Positions 39,526-49,486 of a stretch of 64,000 nt of DNA are shown here, piece by piece. Under the pieces are notes generated by a model. The model was not told where the DNA came from, ran no database searches, and saw only the letters and a list, made by a program, of their open reading frames with translations. The DNA is from Nitrospirota bacterium (GTDB lineage Bacteria; Nitrospirota; UBA9217), in NCBI GenBank assembly GCA_035623825.1, contig DASPSR010000022.1, positions 151,858 to 215,857 of the forward strand, in the 5' to 3' direction. How positions within the stretch are numbered: the first letter of the stretch is position 1; each line of letters starts with the position of its first letter. Both the position numbers and the translations under genes were made by a program.

Positions 39526-40686
39526 ATGTTCATCACCGCTGATCCAAACGACATCCTCAACGGCAAGATCACGGACGTCTATTTCGATCGCGCCCTCAAG
39601 ATACTAAAGGCCAGGAATATAAACCCCATGGTAAAGGCGGAGTTCATCGCCAAAAACCTTCCGAACAATTGGCCCTGGGCGCTCTATACCGGTGTGGGAG
39701 AGGCCATGGAACTCATGCAGCATCTGAAGGTAAAGGTCAGGACGATGCGGGAGGGCTCAGTCTTTTATCCCTTCGAGCCGGTCATGGAGATCGAAGGAAG
39801 ATACCAGGATTTCTGCGTGTACGAGACCGCTATCCTTGGGCTCATTTGCCAGGCTTCGGGTGTTTCCACCCGGGCTTCACGCATGAAGAAGCTCGCCGGA
39901 GACCGGCTCATCATGAGCTTCGGCGCCCGCAGGATGCATCCCATCCTGGCCCCAATGATCGAGCGGAACGCTTATGTGGGCGGGTGTGACGGCGTCGCCG
40001 TGGTGAAGTCCGGCGAGGTCATCGGCGAGGACCCCATGGGCACGATGCCGCATGCCCTGATCCTGTGCCTGGGATCGACGGTAGAGGCGATCAAAGCATA
40101 CGACGAGGTGCTCGATCCGAAGCTAAAAAGGGTTGCGCTCATTGACACGTTCCAGGATGAGAAATTCGAGGTGCTGAATGTGGCTGAGGCCCTCGGGAAA
40201 CGGCTTTATGCCGTTCGGTTCGATACACCAGGATCGCGGCGCGGCAATTTTTACCGAATCCTCGAAGAAGCGAGGTGGGAACTTGAGCTCAGGGGACAGG
40301 GGCACGTGAAGTTCTTCGTGAGCGGCGGCATCAATGAAGAAGACATCCCGATCCTGAATCCCGTCGTACACGGATACGGTATCGGCACCGCGATCAGCAA
40401 CGCTCCGGTCGTTGACTTCGCAATGGACATAGTCGAAGTCGACGGGAAACCGTTCGCGAAGCGGGGCAAGTGGTCCGGCAGCAAGCGTGTGATCGTTTGC
40501 GCCCGCTGCGGGGAGAGAAAGATCGTGCCGAACAATGGCGGCGAAAATGCATCCTGTTCCTGCGGCGGCGTGGAGAATGATATACTTGTTCCGGCGCTCG
40601 ATAACGGGAAGCAACTTATCGCACAGCAGACGCCCACAAGAATCAGGGAGGCGGTGCTGCAGAGCGTGAAGAATCTGCCCATGTAG
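39526..40686 (+). CDS. pncB: Nicotinate phosphoribosyltransferase (short type with C-terminal Cys motif)
   Basis: TDVYF, SFGARRMH, GTMPHA, LIDTF, VRFDTP, FVSGGI, AKRGKWSG; CARC...CSC. Confidence 0.9.
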   Translation: MFITADPNDILNGKITDVYFDRALKILKARNINPMVKAEFIAKNLPNNWPWALYTGVGEAMELMQHLKVKVRTMREGSVFYPFEPVMEIEGRYQDFCVYETAILGLICQASGVSTRASRMKKLAGDRLIMSFGARRMHPILAPMIERNAYVGGCDGVAVVKSGEVIGEDPMGTMPHALILCLGSTVEAIKAYDEVLDPKLKRVALIDTFQDEKFEVLNVAEALGKRLYAVRFDTPGSRRGNFYRILEEARWELELRGQGHVKFFVSGGINEEDIPILNPVVHGYGIGTAISNAPVVDFAMDIVEVDGKPFAKRGKWSGSKRVIVCARCGERKIVPNNGGENASCSCGGVENDILVPALDNGKQLIAQQTPTRIREAVLQSVKNLPM

Positions 40687-40816
40687 CAATGAGTCAAAAG
40701 GATTTCCAAAAGCAGGTCGCACATTAAGACCGATTGCCAAGGAACCTTCTCTCATCTATAATGCCTTGACAATGAGGGACGAACGACAACAGGACTTTTT
40801 CTAGAAAGGGAGAAAC

Positions 40817-41389
40817 ATGAACATTAATCAGAGGCGGTTCTGGGCTTCGGTGGTTGCAGCATCGATTGTGGTTACAGGATGTAATGCGACAAAATTCAAA
40901 GCTGTTTGGGTGGATGAGACCTATCAGGCGAATCCGGTCAAAATCCTGGTCATCGGCGTTTCGAACACGCCGGCGACCAAGAGGCTTTTCGAAGACGAAT
41001 TCGTGAAAGAGCTGCAGGACCGCGGGACCGACGCCGTCGCGGGATACACAATACTGCCCGATCAACCCCAGGCCGACATGGCAGTGATTCTTGCGAAGGC
41101 GGCCGAGGCCGGTGCTGACGCAGTGCTCATTTCGGTGCCTATCGGCAGAAGGAGCGAACCCTCAGCATCTCCCTTCGGGACCTATGATGACCAATTCGTG
41201 GATACGCAGACGAACATCTATGACGTGAAGTCGGGCAAAATGATCTGGACCGCCACGACGGAGACCTGGATAATGAACTACGCATCGAATAAGAGTCAAA
41301 TCCGATCGTTCGCCAAGGTTATTGTAAAGGAACTGTCGAAGCAGAAAATTCTTAAGGAGGCGGTGTCTGAGACCAGCAAAAGGGGGTGA
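40817..41389 (+). CDS. Hypothetical lipoprotein
   Basis: Lipobox VTGC; RLFEDEFV, GADAVLI, IYDVKSGKMIW resemble DUF4136-like lipoproteins. Confidence 0.75.
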   Translation: MNINQRRFWASVVAASIVVTGCNATKFKAVWVDETYQANPVKILVIGVSNTPATKRLFEDEFVKELQDRGTDAVAGYTILPDQPQADMAVILAKAAEAGADAVLISVPIGRRSEPSASPFGTYDDQFVDTQTNIYDVKSGKMIWTATTETWIMNYASNKSQIRSFAKVIVKELSKQKILKEAVSETSKRG

Positions 41390-41601
41390 CCAGGGTCATG
41401 AGAGGGACTGCATTCCTCGTGAGACTGATATCGCCCTGCCTACCTTAAGCACAAGATCGACATGCCGGAGCTCATCCTGAACCGGTAGTAGAGGCGGCTG
41501 CTGTTTCGGTAAACGATCGAGAGAAAAACGTTGACAAATGTAACGGTCGGCTTTACATTATGCAGGAGAGGCATCCGTTTATTTCCACAGGAGATAGGAC
41601 G

Positions 41602-41880
41602 ATGTCGGCTGCCAAGACCGAGAAGAGGCAAGAACAGCGCTATTCTCTTCATTCGACCATAGACTATATCTTGATTCACGGGGCAGCCGCTGAAGTCCAC
41701 AAAGGCATTACGACGGATATCAGCGACAAGGGGCTTGGTCTTTACTTATTTGATCCACTTCCGGAGGGGCAGACGATACTCATTCAGACCGCTCTCCCCG
41801 CCGGCGGCAGGACCGCGAAGGTCTGCTGGATAAAAAAAGAGAGCGAGGATTTCTATAAATCAGGACTCACGTTCGTATGA
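41602..41880 (+). CDS. PilZ-domain protein
   Basis: EKRQEQR (RxxxR) and DISDKGLGL (DxSxxG); RBS AGGAG. Confidence 0.85.
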   Translation: MSAAKTEKRQEQRYSLHSTIDYILIHGAAAEVHKGITTDISDKGLGLYLFDPLPEGQTILIQTALPAGGRTAKVCWIKKESEDFYKSGLTFV

Positions 41881-42331
41881 CATTGTGACGGTGCTTGTGA
41901 TCCGGTTCCTCGACAGTGTCCATCTTTTGTCAGGTCCTCTCCTTCCCATCTTTGCACGGAGTGCGGCTCCGGGAGTCGTTGCCGGCGGTTCACCGGATTC
42001 GACGGCGTAGATTCTCCGGCGGCGCTGCACTGATAATCCAAATCGCCATCTCCTTTTCCCCTTGAAATCCTCAGTAAACTTCAAAGAAGTTCGCCTGCCT
42101 GGTCGGTTTCCTCTCGATTACGGCGTGCCATATGGTCTGGGCTGCCAATCTAGCCTTCACGTGGAGAATGGAATTTCCGCCGCATTCATAGAAAAACTTC
42201 GCGGACAACCGTTCGTTTGGCATACCTTCCGTAGGCGATGAACTAATGAGAACAAAGAAGGCAATTGCGGAGAAGCACATTATGCCTCAAGTCGAACCGT
42301 GAAAATCACGGCCTTCACGGCGGGAAGGATG

Positions 42332-44086
42332 TCAATCAATGAAGGTCACCCGGTTAATCTCCTTAAGGGTCGTTTCATTTGCCAGTAACTTGGCGAGAGC
42401 AGACTGGCGGAGGGTTGTCATGCCTTCGGCGATGGCAGCGTTTCTGATCTCGGAAGAAGGCCTTTTTCGGAGGATCATCTCCCGGATATGATCGGAAAGA
42501 TCCAGCAACTCCGTGACCGCCTTTCTGCCCCGATAGCCGGTATAGTTGCACTCATTGCATGCTCCGGCCTCGCAGAACGCGTGATCCTTGTATTGTTCGT
42601 ACGAAACTGCCGATTTCTCGAGTTCTTCGCGAGAGAGCCTGACCTGCTTTTTACAACGCGGACAGAGGATCCGCACGAGACGCTGGGTGAGGATGCAATT
42701 AAGGGATGACACGAGGTTATAAGGTTCGATGCCCATATTCAGGAAGCAGCCGAGCGTGTCGGAGGCGTTGTTCGCGTGAACCGTGGTTAAGACAAGGTGA
42801 CCGGTCAGGGCGGCCTGGACGGCGATCTGGGCTGTCTCTGCGTCGCGGATCTCGCCTACCATGATCTTGTCGGTATCGTGACGGAGAATGGACCGAAGCC
42901 CTGTCGAGAAGGTGAGGCCCATCTTTTCGTTCACTTGCATCTGCACGACGCCCCGGAGCCGGTGTTCCACGGGATCCTCTATGGTGATCATCTTGCCTTC
43001 GCCCGTATTGATTTCGGACATGGCGGCATAGAGGGTGGTGGTCTTGCCGCTGCGTGCGGGTCCGGTCACGAGGATCATGCCGTAGGGCCTCAGGATGCTC
43101 TTCCTGAAACGGCGAAGGTCATCAGCTTCGAAACCCAGGCTGTCGAGCTTGAAAGTGTCAGCGCCGGCGGCGATAGATTCCTTGTCTAGGATCCGGATGG
43201 CCACGTCCTCACCGAAGGCGCTAGGAAGGATCGATACTCTGAAATCGACGGTTTTCCCGCCGCTCTGCAACTTGAAACGGCCGTCCTGGGGCACTCGGCG
43301 GTCTGCGGTATCTATGTCGCTGATGACCTTGATGCGCGATACGATGGCGCTGTGGAATTTAATGTCAACGGGCTCGGATGCAGCATGAAGGACGCCGTCG
43401 ATGCGGTACTTGAACAAGACGTTTTTGTCAGTTGTCTCGATGTGGATGTCGCTTGCCCGCCGTTTGATAGCTTCAAAAATGGTGGTGTATAAGAGCTCGA
43501 TGACAGGGCTATCATCCTTGTCGATGGTATCGAGCGAGAGGGCCAGTTGGACGCCTGCATCACGATCACTGCCGCAGACCGTTTCGCCGTCCTCCTCCTC
43601 TTTAATGATATGAGACTCGAAGTCCTGGGAAACTGTCTGAAGGCCCTCTTTCGAAGTCTCGGCACGTTTCAAGACCTTATGGATCGCCGAGAGGGTACTC
43701 ACGCTGATTTCGATCGAACGGCTGAGGATCATCTCAAGGTCGTCGATGGCTGGAATGTTATTGGGGTCGGTGATGGCGATGAGGAGGTTGCCTTCGTCCG
43801 TGTCCTCGATAGGCACGAACTGGTACCGCTGCATAAGATCCAGCGGTATCATGTCGGTGAACTTCGGGTTGATGCGGAATTCTTTAAGATCGAGATACCT
43901 GAGGCCGCGCTGTTCAGCGAGTGCCATAGCGAGGCCCTCTTCGCTCACGAGGCTTTCGCCAGCGAGTAGCTCGCCGATCCGCTTTCCTCGGTCGGTCTTT
44001 GCGAGGAGCTCATTGATTTGATCTTGAGTAACGACGCCTTTGGCCGTGAGAATCTCGCCTAGCCGTCTTCTTCTGAATGAGGTCAT
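42332..44086 (-). CDS. GspE/PilB family secretion ATPase (divergent, orphan)
   Basis: RRLGEIL N-terminus, ASDIHIE, PQDGRF, Walker A GPARSGKTT, MVGEIRD, CPRC...CNEC, GYRGR. Confidence 0.9.
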   Translation of the reverse strand: MTSFRRRRLGEILTAKGVVTQDQINELLAKTDRGKRIGELLAGESLVSEEGLAMALAEQRGLRYLDLKEFRINPKFTDMIPLDLMQRYQFVPIEDTDEGNLLIAITDPNNIPAIDDLEMILSRSIEISVSTLSAIHKVLKRAETSKEGLQTVSQDFESHIIKEEEDGETVCGSDRDAGVQLALSLDTIDKDDSPVIELLYTTIFEAIKRRASDIHIETTDKNVLFKYRIDGVLHAASEPVDIKFHSAIVSRIKVISDIDTADRRVPQDGRFKLQSGGKTVDFRVSILPSAFGEDVAIRILDKESIAAGADTFKLDSLGFEADDLRRFRKSILRPYGMILVTGPARSGKTTTLYAAMSEINTGEGKMITIEDPVEHRLRGVVQMQVNEKMGLTFSTGLRSILRHDTDKIMVGEIRDAETAQIAVQAALTGHLVLTTVHANNASDTLGCFLNMGIEPYNLVSSLNCILTQRLVRILCPRCKKQVRLSREELEKSAVSYEQYKDHAFCEAGACNECNYTGYRGRKAVTELLDLSDHIREMILRKRPSSEIRNAAIAEGMTTLRQSALAKLLANETTLKEINRVTFID

Positions 44087-44297
44087 TTCGGCCGTGCCCC
44101 CATTTTGAAGCTTGGCAGGCAGAGTGCCACTCCAACCGCATTCATGATTCCTGTGGTGAGCATGAGCGCCGGTTCGATCATGTTCGCTAGAACGGTCAGT
44201 CGTTCTCACTGCCTCCTGATCATAGAATTCCGCCACGCCCTCAGGCACCTACGCCGGTCCCTGCCTCATGAACAGCCGTGCTTTCAAGCCGAGGCAT
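44083..44297 (-). pseudogene. Internally deleted GspF/PilC relic
   Basis: MPRLESTAVHEAG N-terminus, then EGVAEFYDQE, frameshift, RLTVLANMIEPALMLTTGI...VALCLPSFKMG; stop overlaps the gspE start (ATGA). Confidence 0.75.
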
Positions 44298-44303
44298 GAT
44301 TTG

Positions 44304-44333
44304 ATAATAGCAGAATGCGGAGACACAAGTCAA
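44304..44333 (-). promoter_or_regulatory. sigma70 promoter ahead of the pilC relic and gspE, probably leaderless
   Basis: TTGACT-18 nt-TATTAT-6 nt-ATG. Confidence 0.55.
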
Positions 44334-44454
44334 TAAACGTCTCTCTCGTGCATAGGTGCGAGGTCCCAATCCGAAACCACGCCATACAGGCGATATCGAC
44401 CGACAGAACAACAATTAATCGATAGTATGAATTCATTTGAACGGGACCGGCAGT

Positions 44455-45498
44455 TTATGTCAGAATCCTCCAATATTTTCTGTGTACCTTGATGATTTTT
44501 TCTATCACCTGTTCTGCCTTGGAAGAAGGGACAGGGATATCAGGCAGGTTCTGTTTTCCGAGAAGGGTAAGCAACACAGCCCTGACGCCGTCCCGTAATC
44601 CTTCTTTATGATAACCTCCTTCGAGCGTGATCAGGATCCTGCCAGGGCACGTCTCCTGCGCTATGTCCAGCACGATGCAGGCTAGGGCGCCAAATCCCAC
44701 GCCGGTGACGCCCATGCCGCCCAGGGGGTCTCTGACAAAGGGGTCGAAGCCGGCAGAGACAAGGATAAGCTCAGGCCGGTATTCGATGGCGATGGGTTTC
44801 AGAATCCTGTCATAGACATGGATGTATTCTGCATCCCCGAATCCCGTCGGAAAAGGGGCATTTACGGTGAATCCCTCACCATCGCCTCTCCCGACTTCGT
44901 CGTAGCCTCCCGATCCGGGATAGTAGGGATACTGGTGTGATGAGAAGAAGAGCACGTCAGGATCACCGTAGAAAGCGCGCTGGGTGCCGTTGCCATGGTG
45001 CAGGTCCCAATCCACAATGAGGATCTTTTTCAATCCGTACTTTTCTTTTGCATATTCCGCAGCAATCGCCACATTGTTGAAGATACAGAACCCCATGCCA
45101 CGCGCCGGTTCTGCATGGTGCCCGGGCGGGCGGACCAGAGCGAATACAGGATCCGGCGCCCGTCGTTCAGGCGTCTGGTGAATCGAATCGAGAGCCTGGA
45201 GCAGGCCACCGACCGCCAGCCTCGCGATCTCATACGACCGGGCTGACAGGCCGGTGTCGGGATCGAGTCTCGAGAAGGGCTTGCCTTCGGTTTCCGAAAC
45301 GGTCTTTATATAGAGAGGATCATGGATGAGGGCAAGCTCGCTTTCCGAGGCGAGGCGGGGAGTAATGTGCGGAAGGCCGGCGAATTCTTTCTCGATGAGG
45401 TCGTAGATCACCCGGAGCCGGTTCGGGCTTTCGGGATGGCCGTCACCCGGATTATGCTGCATATAGCGGTCATCTTTAATGAGTGCGATGGATGACAT
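44455..45498 (-). CDS. Histone deacetylase family protein
   Basis: HPESPNRL, RPPGHHA, GFCIFNN, VDWDLHHGNGTQ, SAGFD, LEGGY. Confidence 0.94.
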   Translation of the reverse strand: MSSIALIKDDRYMQHNPGDGHPESPNRLRVIYDLIEKEFAGLPHITPRLASESELALIHDPLYIKTVSETEGKPFSRLDPDTGLSARSYEIARLAVGGLLQALDSIHQTPERRAPDPVFALVRPPGHHAEPARGMGFCIFNNVAIAAEYAKEKYGLKKILIVDWDLHHGNGTQRAFYGDPDVLFFSSHQYPYYPGSGGYDEVGRGDGEGFTVNAPFPTGFGDAEYIHVYDRILKPIAIEYRPELILVSAGFDPFVRDPLGGMGVTGVGFGALACIVLDIAQETCPGRILITLEGGYHKEGLRDGVRAVLLTLLGKQNLPDIPVPSSKAEQVIEKIIKVHRKYWRILT

Positions 45499-45568
45499 TA
45501 TTGCAACCTTCGGGAGCAGCGGTCGGGCTTCCTGAAAGGCCAGATCCTTTTGAGCGGCCTGTGAAGCT

Positions 45569-46105
45569 TCAGTTGCTGTCTTGTTCCTGCTTTCTCGCGA
45601 TTGGCGGCGGCGCCGCTGCCTTGTAATCTTTTACACTCAGGGACTCAAGAAACTTTTGCATCGCCGGTGGGTTCGGAAGCTTGTCCGGAAGCTTTGCTTC
45701 GGGAGCGCAAACGGTCATGACCGTTTGAATCAGATCCTTGACGCTGAACTCCAGTATCTGCTCGATGGCCCTGGGAGAGGCCTCGTCGATCATGAGGGCA
45801 TTCTCGCGGTACCAGCCGTCGCCGTGGGGAGACATGGGGCCGCAGGGGACGTTTTCGGCATTTTTGACTTGGACGCCTATCTTTTTCGCAAAGGCCGAGA
45901 CATCAGCCCGCAGAAGTTGGAGCCCTTTGAACGCGGGGTTCGAACAGATGCCGGCCTTACCCCAACAGATGGGATCGAACCGGGAGATATTGATCCCGCA
46001 GCAGTATAGGTACGCATTCGGACCTTGTTCCGGCGTCTGGCGAATGATGATGTAAAGGAAATCGTTCTTGTATTCATAGGAACGTACGGTCTGAGGTTTC
46101 GTCAC
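45569..46105 (-). CDS. Cys-rich hypothetical protein
   Basis: Open frame; GTG start placed at 46105 after GGAGG; no motif recognised. Confidence 0.65.
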   Translation of the reverse strand: MTKPQTVRSYEYKNDFLYIIIRQTPEQGPNAYLYCCGINISRFDPICWGKAGICSNPAFKGLQLLRADVSAFAKKIGVQVKNAENVPCGPMSPHGDGWYRENALMIDEASPRAIEQILEFSVKDLIQTVMTVCAPEAKLPDKLPNPPAMQKFLESLSVKDYKAAAPPPIARKQEQDSN

Positions 46106-46233
46106 AGTGGCCTCCAGTCTTCGGCATTGCCACACGGTAGCGGTGTGTATGCATCGGGTTTGCGACCGGAACGCATGACACATTTGTGAACCGGACGCCT
46201 CTTGCTGTTTCCTGCGTTAAAAGCGGGTTTGGG

Positions 46234-46566
46234 CTACTTGTTTTTGGTGGATTTCGATGACTTCTTGCTTTTGGAAGCTGCCTTCTTTTTTACCGCTGGT
46301 TTTGCCTTCGCCTTTGCCTCGAGCTGCTGGATTTGCTTCTTGAGAGCGTCGATCTCCTGGCTCTGGTCCTTGAGCATTTGTTCGAGCTTGGCGTTGTCCT
46401 GCTTTACTGCCTCGAGCTCCTGGCGGGCGGCGTTCCGCTCGGTCCGCGCCTTGCTTGCGTACACGAAGGTAACAATCAAGAGGACCGTCACCAGTGCGGC
46501 GAGCGTTATGAAAATGAGTTTTGCCCTTTGTGCATCGTCTTTCTCATTCCTGTCCGTTCTCTCCAT
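46234..46566 (-). CDS. Single-TM coiled-coil protein with basic tail
   Basis: One TM, heptad coiled coil, K/S-rich C-terminus. Confidence 0.75.
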   Translation of the reverse strand: MERTDRNEKDDAQRAKLIFITLAALVTVLLIVTFVYASKARTERNAARQELEAVKQDNAKLEQMLKDQSQEIDALKKQIQQLEAKAKAKPAVKKKAASKSKKSSKSTKNK

Positions 46567-46608
46567 TCCGTCTTCCTGACCTCCTTTTTTTCAACGCACT
46601 ATCTGTTG

Positions 46609-47118
46609 TTAGTGATATCGGTTCACTTCAAATCTGAAGAGCTGTACCGGCGTCCCCGGAGGGATCCCGGCTTTTTGCATCGCGATGCTGATCTGCAAGT
46701 CCACGGAATCCAATCCTTCCAGATCCGGCAGGAGAAGTCCCCGCCTTCCTCCGGCCTGGACGATCACACCGTAGCGCTTCGGATCGAGCTCGCTTCTGTC
46801 TGTGACCGGTTCGGGCGGCGTGAGAACATCCACGGTATATTCGATGGCGTCCAACTCATCAGCGCGCACACAGGCAAAGCGCGGGTCGCAGGTCGCGGCG
46901 CTGATAGCGTTTCGAACGGTCTCGTGAGCTATCGTGGGCTCAGCGGGCTGGAATGTGCCGATACACCCCCTGAGATTGCCGTCTATTTTCAGACAGACGA
47001 AAACACCCGCCCGCTGATCGAGACCCGGAGTGAGATCATCTTCCCGGACATCTCGTATTTTGCCTTCCCTGATGTAGATCTCGACGGTTTCCTTTGCCAG
47101 CTTCACGAGGTGATGCAT
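46609..47118 (-). CDS. amrA: AmmeMemoRadiSam system protein A (AMMECR1 domain)
   Basis: [30 protein letters not shown]. Confidence 0.9.
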   Translation of the reverse strand: MHHLVKLAKETVEIYIREGKIRDVREDDLTPGLDQRAGVFVCLKIDGNLRGCIGTFQPAEPTIAHETVRNAISAATCDPRFACVRADELDAIEYTVDVLTPPEPVTDRSELDPKRYGVIVQAGGRRGLLLPDLEGLDSVDLQISIAMQKAGIPPGTPVQLFRFEVNRYH

Positions 47119-48101
47119 TACATCTCCCGCTGCACCACGTAATCCGCGAGCGCCATGAGCGCTTGGCGCGGCATCGAATCGGGGAACACGGCCAAGGCCG
47201 CCTTCGACTCGTTCGAAAGTGACTGAGCCAAGCCGAGCGCCTCTTCGACGGCTCCGTACTTCTCCATCAAACCAAGCGTATAGGTAAGGTCGTTTTCTGT
47301 GACTGCATCAGCCTCGAGGATGCCCCGGATACGTGCATGCTCTTCGGGATTCGCCTTGCGGATCGCGTAGATGAGCGGGAGGGTGACCTTGCCTTCGTCC
47401 AGGTCCTTGCCAAGGACCTTGCCGAGCTGTTTCTGGTTCGCGGCGTAATCGAGAGTGTCATCAGTGATCTGGAAAGCGAGCCCGAGCTTTTTCCCGTATG
47501 CCGTGAGAGCGTCTTCTTGGGAAAGCGGGGCCTTGCTGATGATGGCGCCGAGGCGGCAGGAGGCCGAAATAAGCACACCGGTCTTGCATTCTACGAGCCT
47601 GAAATAATCGGCCTCGGTGATCTCTGCGTTCTGGATCTGCATGAGCTGGAGAACCTCTCCCTCGGACATCATCGTGGTGGTTTCGGAAAGGACATCCATG
47701 ACGCGCTGGTTCTGGAGCCGGACAGCATGGTAGAGCGCCTTGGAGTACAGGTAGTCACCGACGAGTATGCTGGCCTGGTTGCCCCAGAGCGAATTCGCCG
47801 ATGACCTGCCCCTCCGGATCTTGGCCTCATCGACGACGTCATCGTGAAGGAGAGAGGCCGTGTGGATGTATTCCACCACGCTGCCAAGAAGGTATTCGGA
47901 AGTGTGGTCCCGGTATCCGCAGAGCCGTGCTGAAAGCAGATGAAGGAGGGGACGGAACCTTTTGCCGCCTGCGCCGAGGATATATTTGCTGACATGCTGG
48001 ATGAGTGGAACGTCGGTGCCCAAGCTCTCATGGATCCTGTGCTCCATGCGTTCCATGTCGGACTTGTATTCTTTGAGGACGTCCTGAAGTGTTGTTATCA
48101 T
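47118..48101 (-). CDS. ispB: Polyprenyl (octaprenyl-type) diphosphate synthase
   Basis: [32 protein letters not shown]. Confidence 0.9.
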   Translation of the reverse strand: MITTLQDVLKEYKSDMERMEHRIHESLGTDVPLIQHVSKYILGAGGKRFRPLLHLLSARLCGYRDHTSEYLLGSVVEYIHTASLLHDDVVDEAKIRRGRSSANSLWGNQASILVGDYLYSKALYHAVRLQNQRVMDVLSETTTMMSEGEVLQLMQIQNAEITEADYFRLVECKTGVLISASCRLGAIISKAPLSQEDALTAYGKKLGLAFQITDDTLDYAANQKQLGKVLGKDLDEGKVTLPLIYAIRKANPEEHARIRGILEADAVTENDLTYTLGLMEKYGAVEEALGLAQSLSNESKAALAVFPDSMPRQALMALADYVVQREM

Positions 48102-48285
48102 GAGGTCGATACCTGAAAAGCTTTACGAGAATAATAGGGGAGATGTCCAATATTGTCAAGGTTTTTTCTGTTTCACGGATGTTCAGTGCAGAGCTGGAGG
48201 AGAAGGCGTAAAGGCATAAAACGGAGTTGCATCGAAGGGGTTAACGCGCTGCCCCGGAGTCAGCACCTTAGTATTAGCATATGGT

Positions 48286-48301
48286 TGCAGCGAATGTGCC
48301 A
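48286..48301 (-). promoter_or_regulatory. Possible sigma-54 promoter (-24/-12)
   Basis: TGGCAC-ATTCG-CTGCA with GG-N10-GC spacing in the trpS-ispB spacer. Confidence 0.35.
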
Positions 48302-48439
48302 TGAGTAAATGAAGGCAGGGAAACCTTTATTATCCGATTCGGGATTCATTTTGGACGGGTCCTCCGCAGCTCGCGTAATCAGGTCTTGATGATACGATGT
48401 CCTTTTCGTTCGGACATACGCGATTCTCGAGGGACGGCG

Positions 48440-49423
48440 CTACAGTTTCATCGACTTGTTGACCTCGGACAGCGTCTGTGCAGCTACGACTCGGGCGCGG
48501 CTTGAACCTTCTTTAATGATAGTGGTGATTTTCTGTGGTTCGGCTGCAAGCGCCTTTCTCCGCTCCTGCATGGGCGCGAGGTAGGCGAGGAGGTGTTTGA
48601 GGAGTTCCTTCTTGTCGTCCACGCAGCCTATGCCCGCTCGGCGGCATTCCAGATTCACGTAATTCACCCACTCCTTTGGCGCGAATATCTGGTCGAGTGC
48701 AAAGAGGGGGCAGACGTCGGGGTTACCGGGATCCTGCCTCCGCTTCCGGGCCGGGTCTGTTACCATCTGCATAACTTTCTTGGTGATTTCCTCAGTGCTG
48801 TCCGAGAGGTAGAGGCAGTTGTTATAGCTCTTGCTCATCTTTCGGCCGTCTGTGCCCGGGAGCTTGGGGTACTCGGTCATGAGCGGCTGGGGTTCGGGGA
48901 ATACCTCGCCGTAGAACGCGTTGAAGCGGCGGCAGATCTCGCGCGTGAGTTCCAGGTGCGGGAGCTGGTCGATGCCGACTGGCACGAAGTTGGCCTTGTA
49001 GATGAGGATGTCCGCGGCCTGGAGCACGGGGTATCCGAGGAACCCGTAGGTATGCAGGTCCTTGTCCTGGATCTGTTCTATCTTTTCCTTGTAGGTCGGC
49101 ACGCGTTCGAGCCAAGGAAGCGGTGTGGACATGGACAGGAGCACGTGGAGCACGGCGTGCTCGGGCACGAGCGACTGCTGGAAGAGCACGGATTTCTCCG
49201 GGTCGAGTCCGGCAGCGATCCAGTCAATGACCATCTCTGTGACATACATGCGGATATTGGAAGTGTCCGCGTAGTTGGTGGTCAGCGCATGCCAATCGGC
49301 GATGAAGTAGTAGCACTCATACTGGTCCTGGAGTTTCCTCCAGTTGTCGAGGGCGCCCATGAGGTTCCCAAGGTGGAGAAGTCCGCTCGGCTGCATCCCG
49401 CTTAAGACGCGTTGTTTTGCCAT
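48440..49423 (-). CDS. trpS: Tryptophan--tRNA ligase
   Basis: SGMQPSGLLHLGN, YPVLQAADIL, VPVGIDQ, KMSKS. Confidence 0.97.
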   Translation of the reverse strand: MAKQRVLSGMQPSGLLHLGNLMGALDNWRKLQDQYECYYFIADWHALTTNYADTSNIRMYVTEMVIDWIAAGLDPEKSVLFQQSLVPEHAVLHVLLSMSTPLPWLERVPTYKEKIEQIQDKDLHTYGFLGYPVLQAADILIYKANFVPVGIDQLPHLELTREICRRFNAFYGEVFPEPQPLMTEYPKLPGTDGRKMSKSYNNCLYLSDSTEEITKKVMQMVTDPARKRRQDPGNPDVCPLFALDQIFAPKEWVNYVNLECRRAGIGCVDDKKELLKHLLAYLAPMQERRKALAAEPQKITTIIKEGSSRARVVAAQTLSEVNKSMKL

Positions 49424-49486
49424 AAAGAATCCTTAGTTATCTACAGTTGAACTCGTTTAAATGATAAAGCTTGCGTTATCTTTAAT

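Noticed and set aside
41853-42280. Short ORFs between the PilZ gene and gspE, including an RBS-ATG (MAIWII...)
   Set aside because: Frames are broken and unidentifiable; possibly another relic, but not supportable.
44087-44248. N-terminal extension of the 638-aa GspE ORF
   Set aside because: The extension is pilC relic sequence, mostly read out of frame; the real start is most likely ATG 44086.
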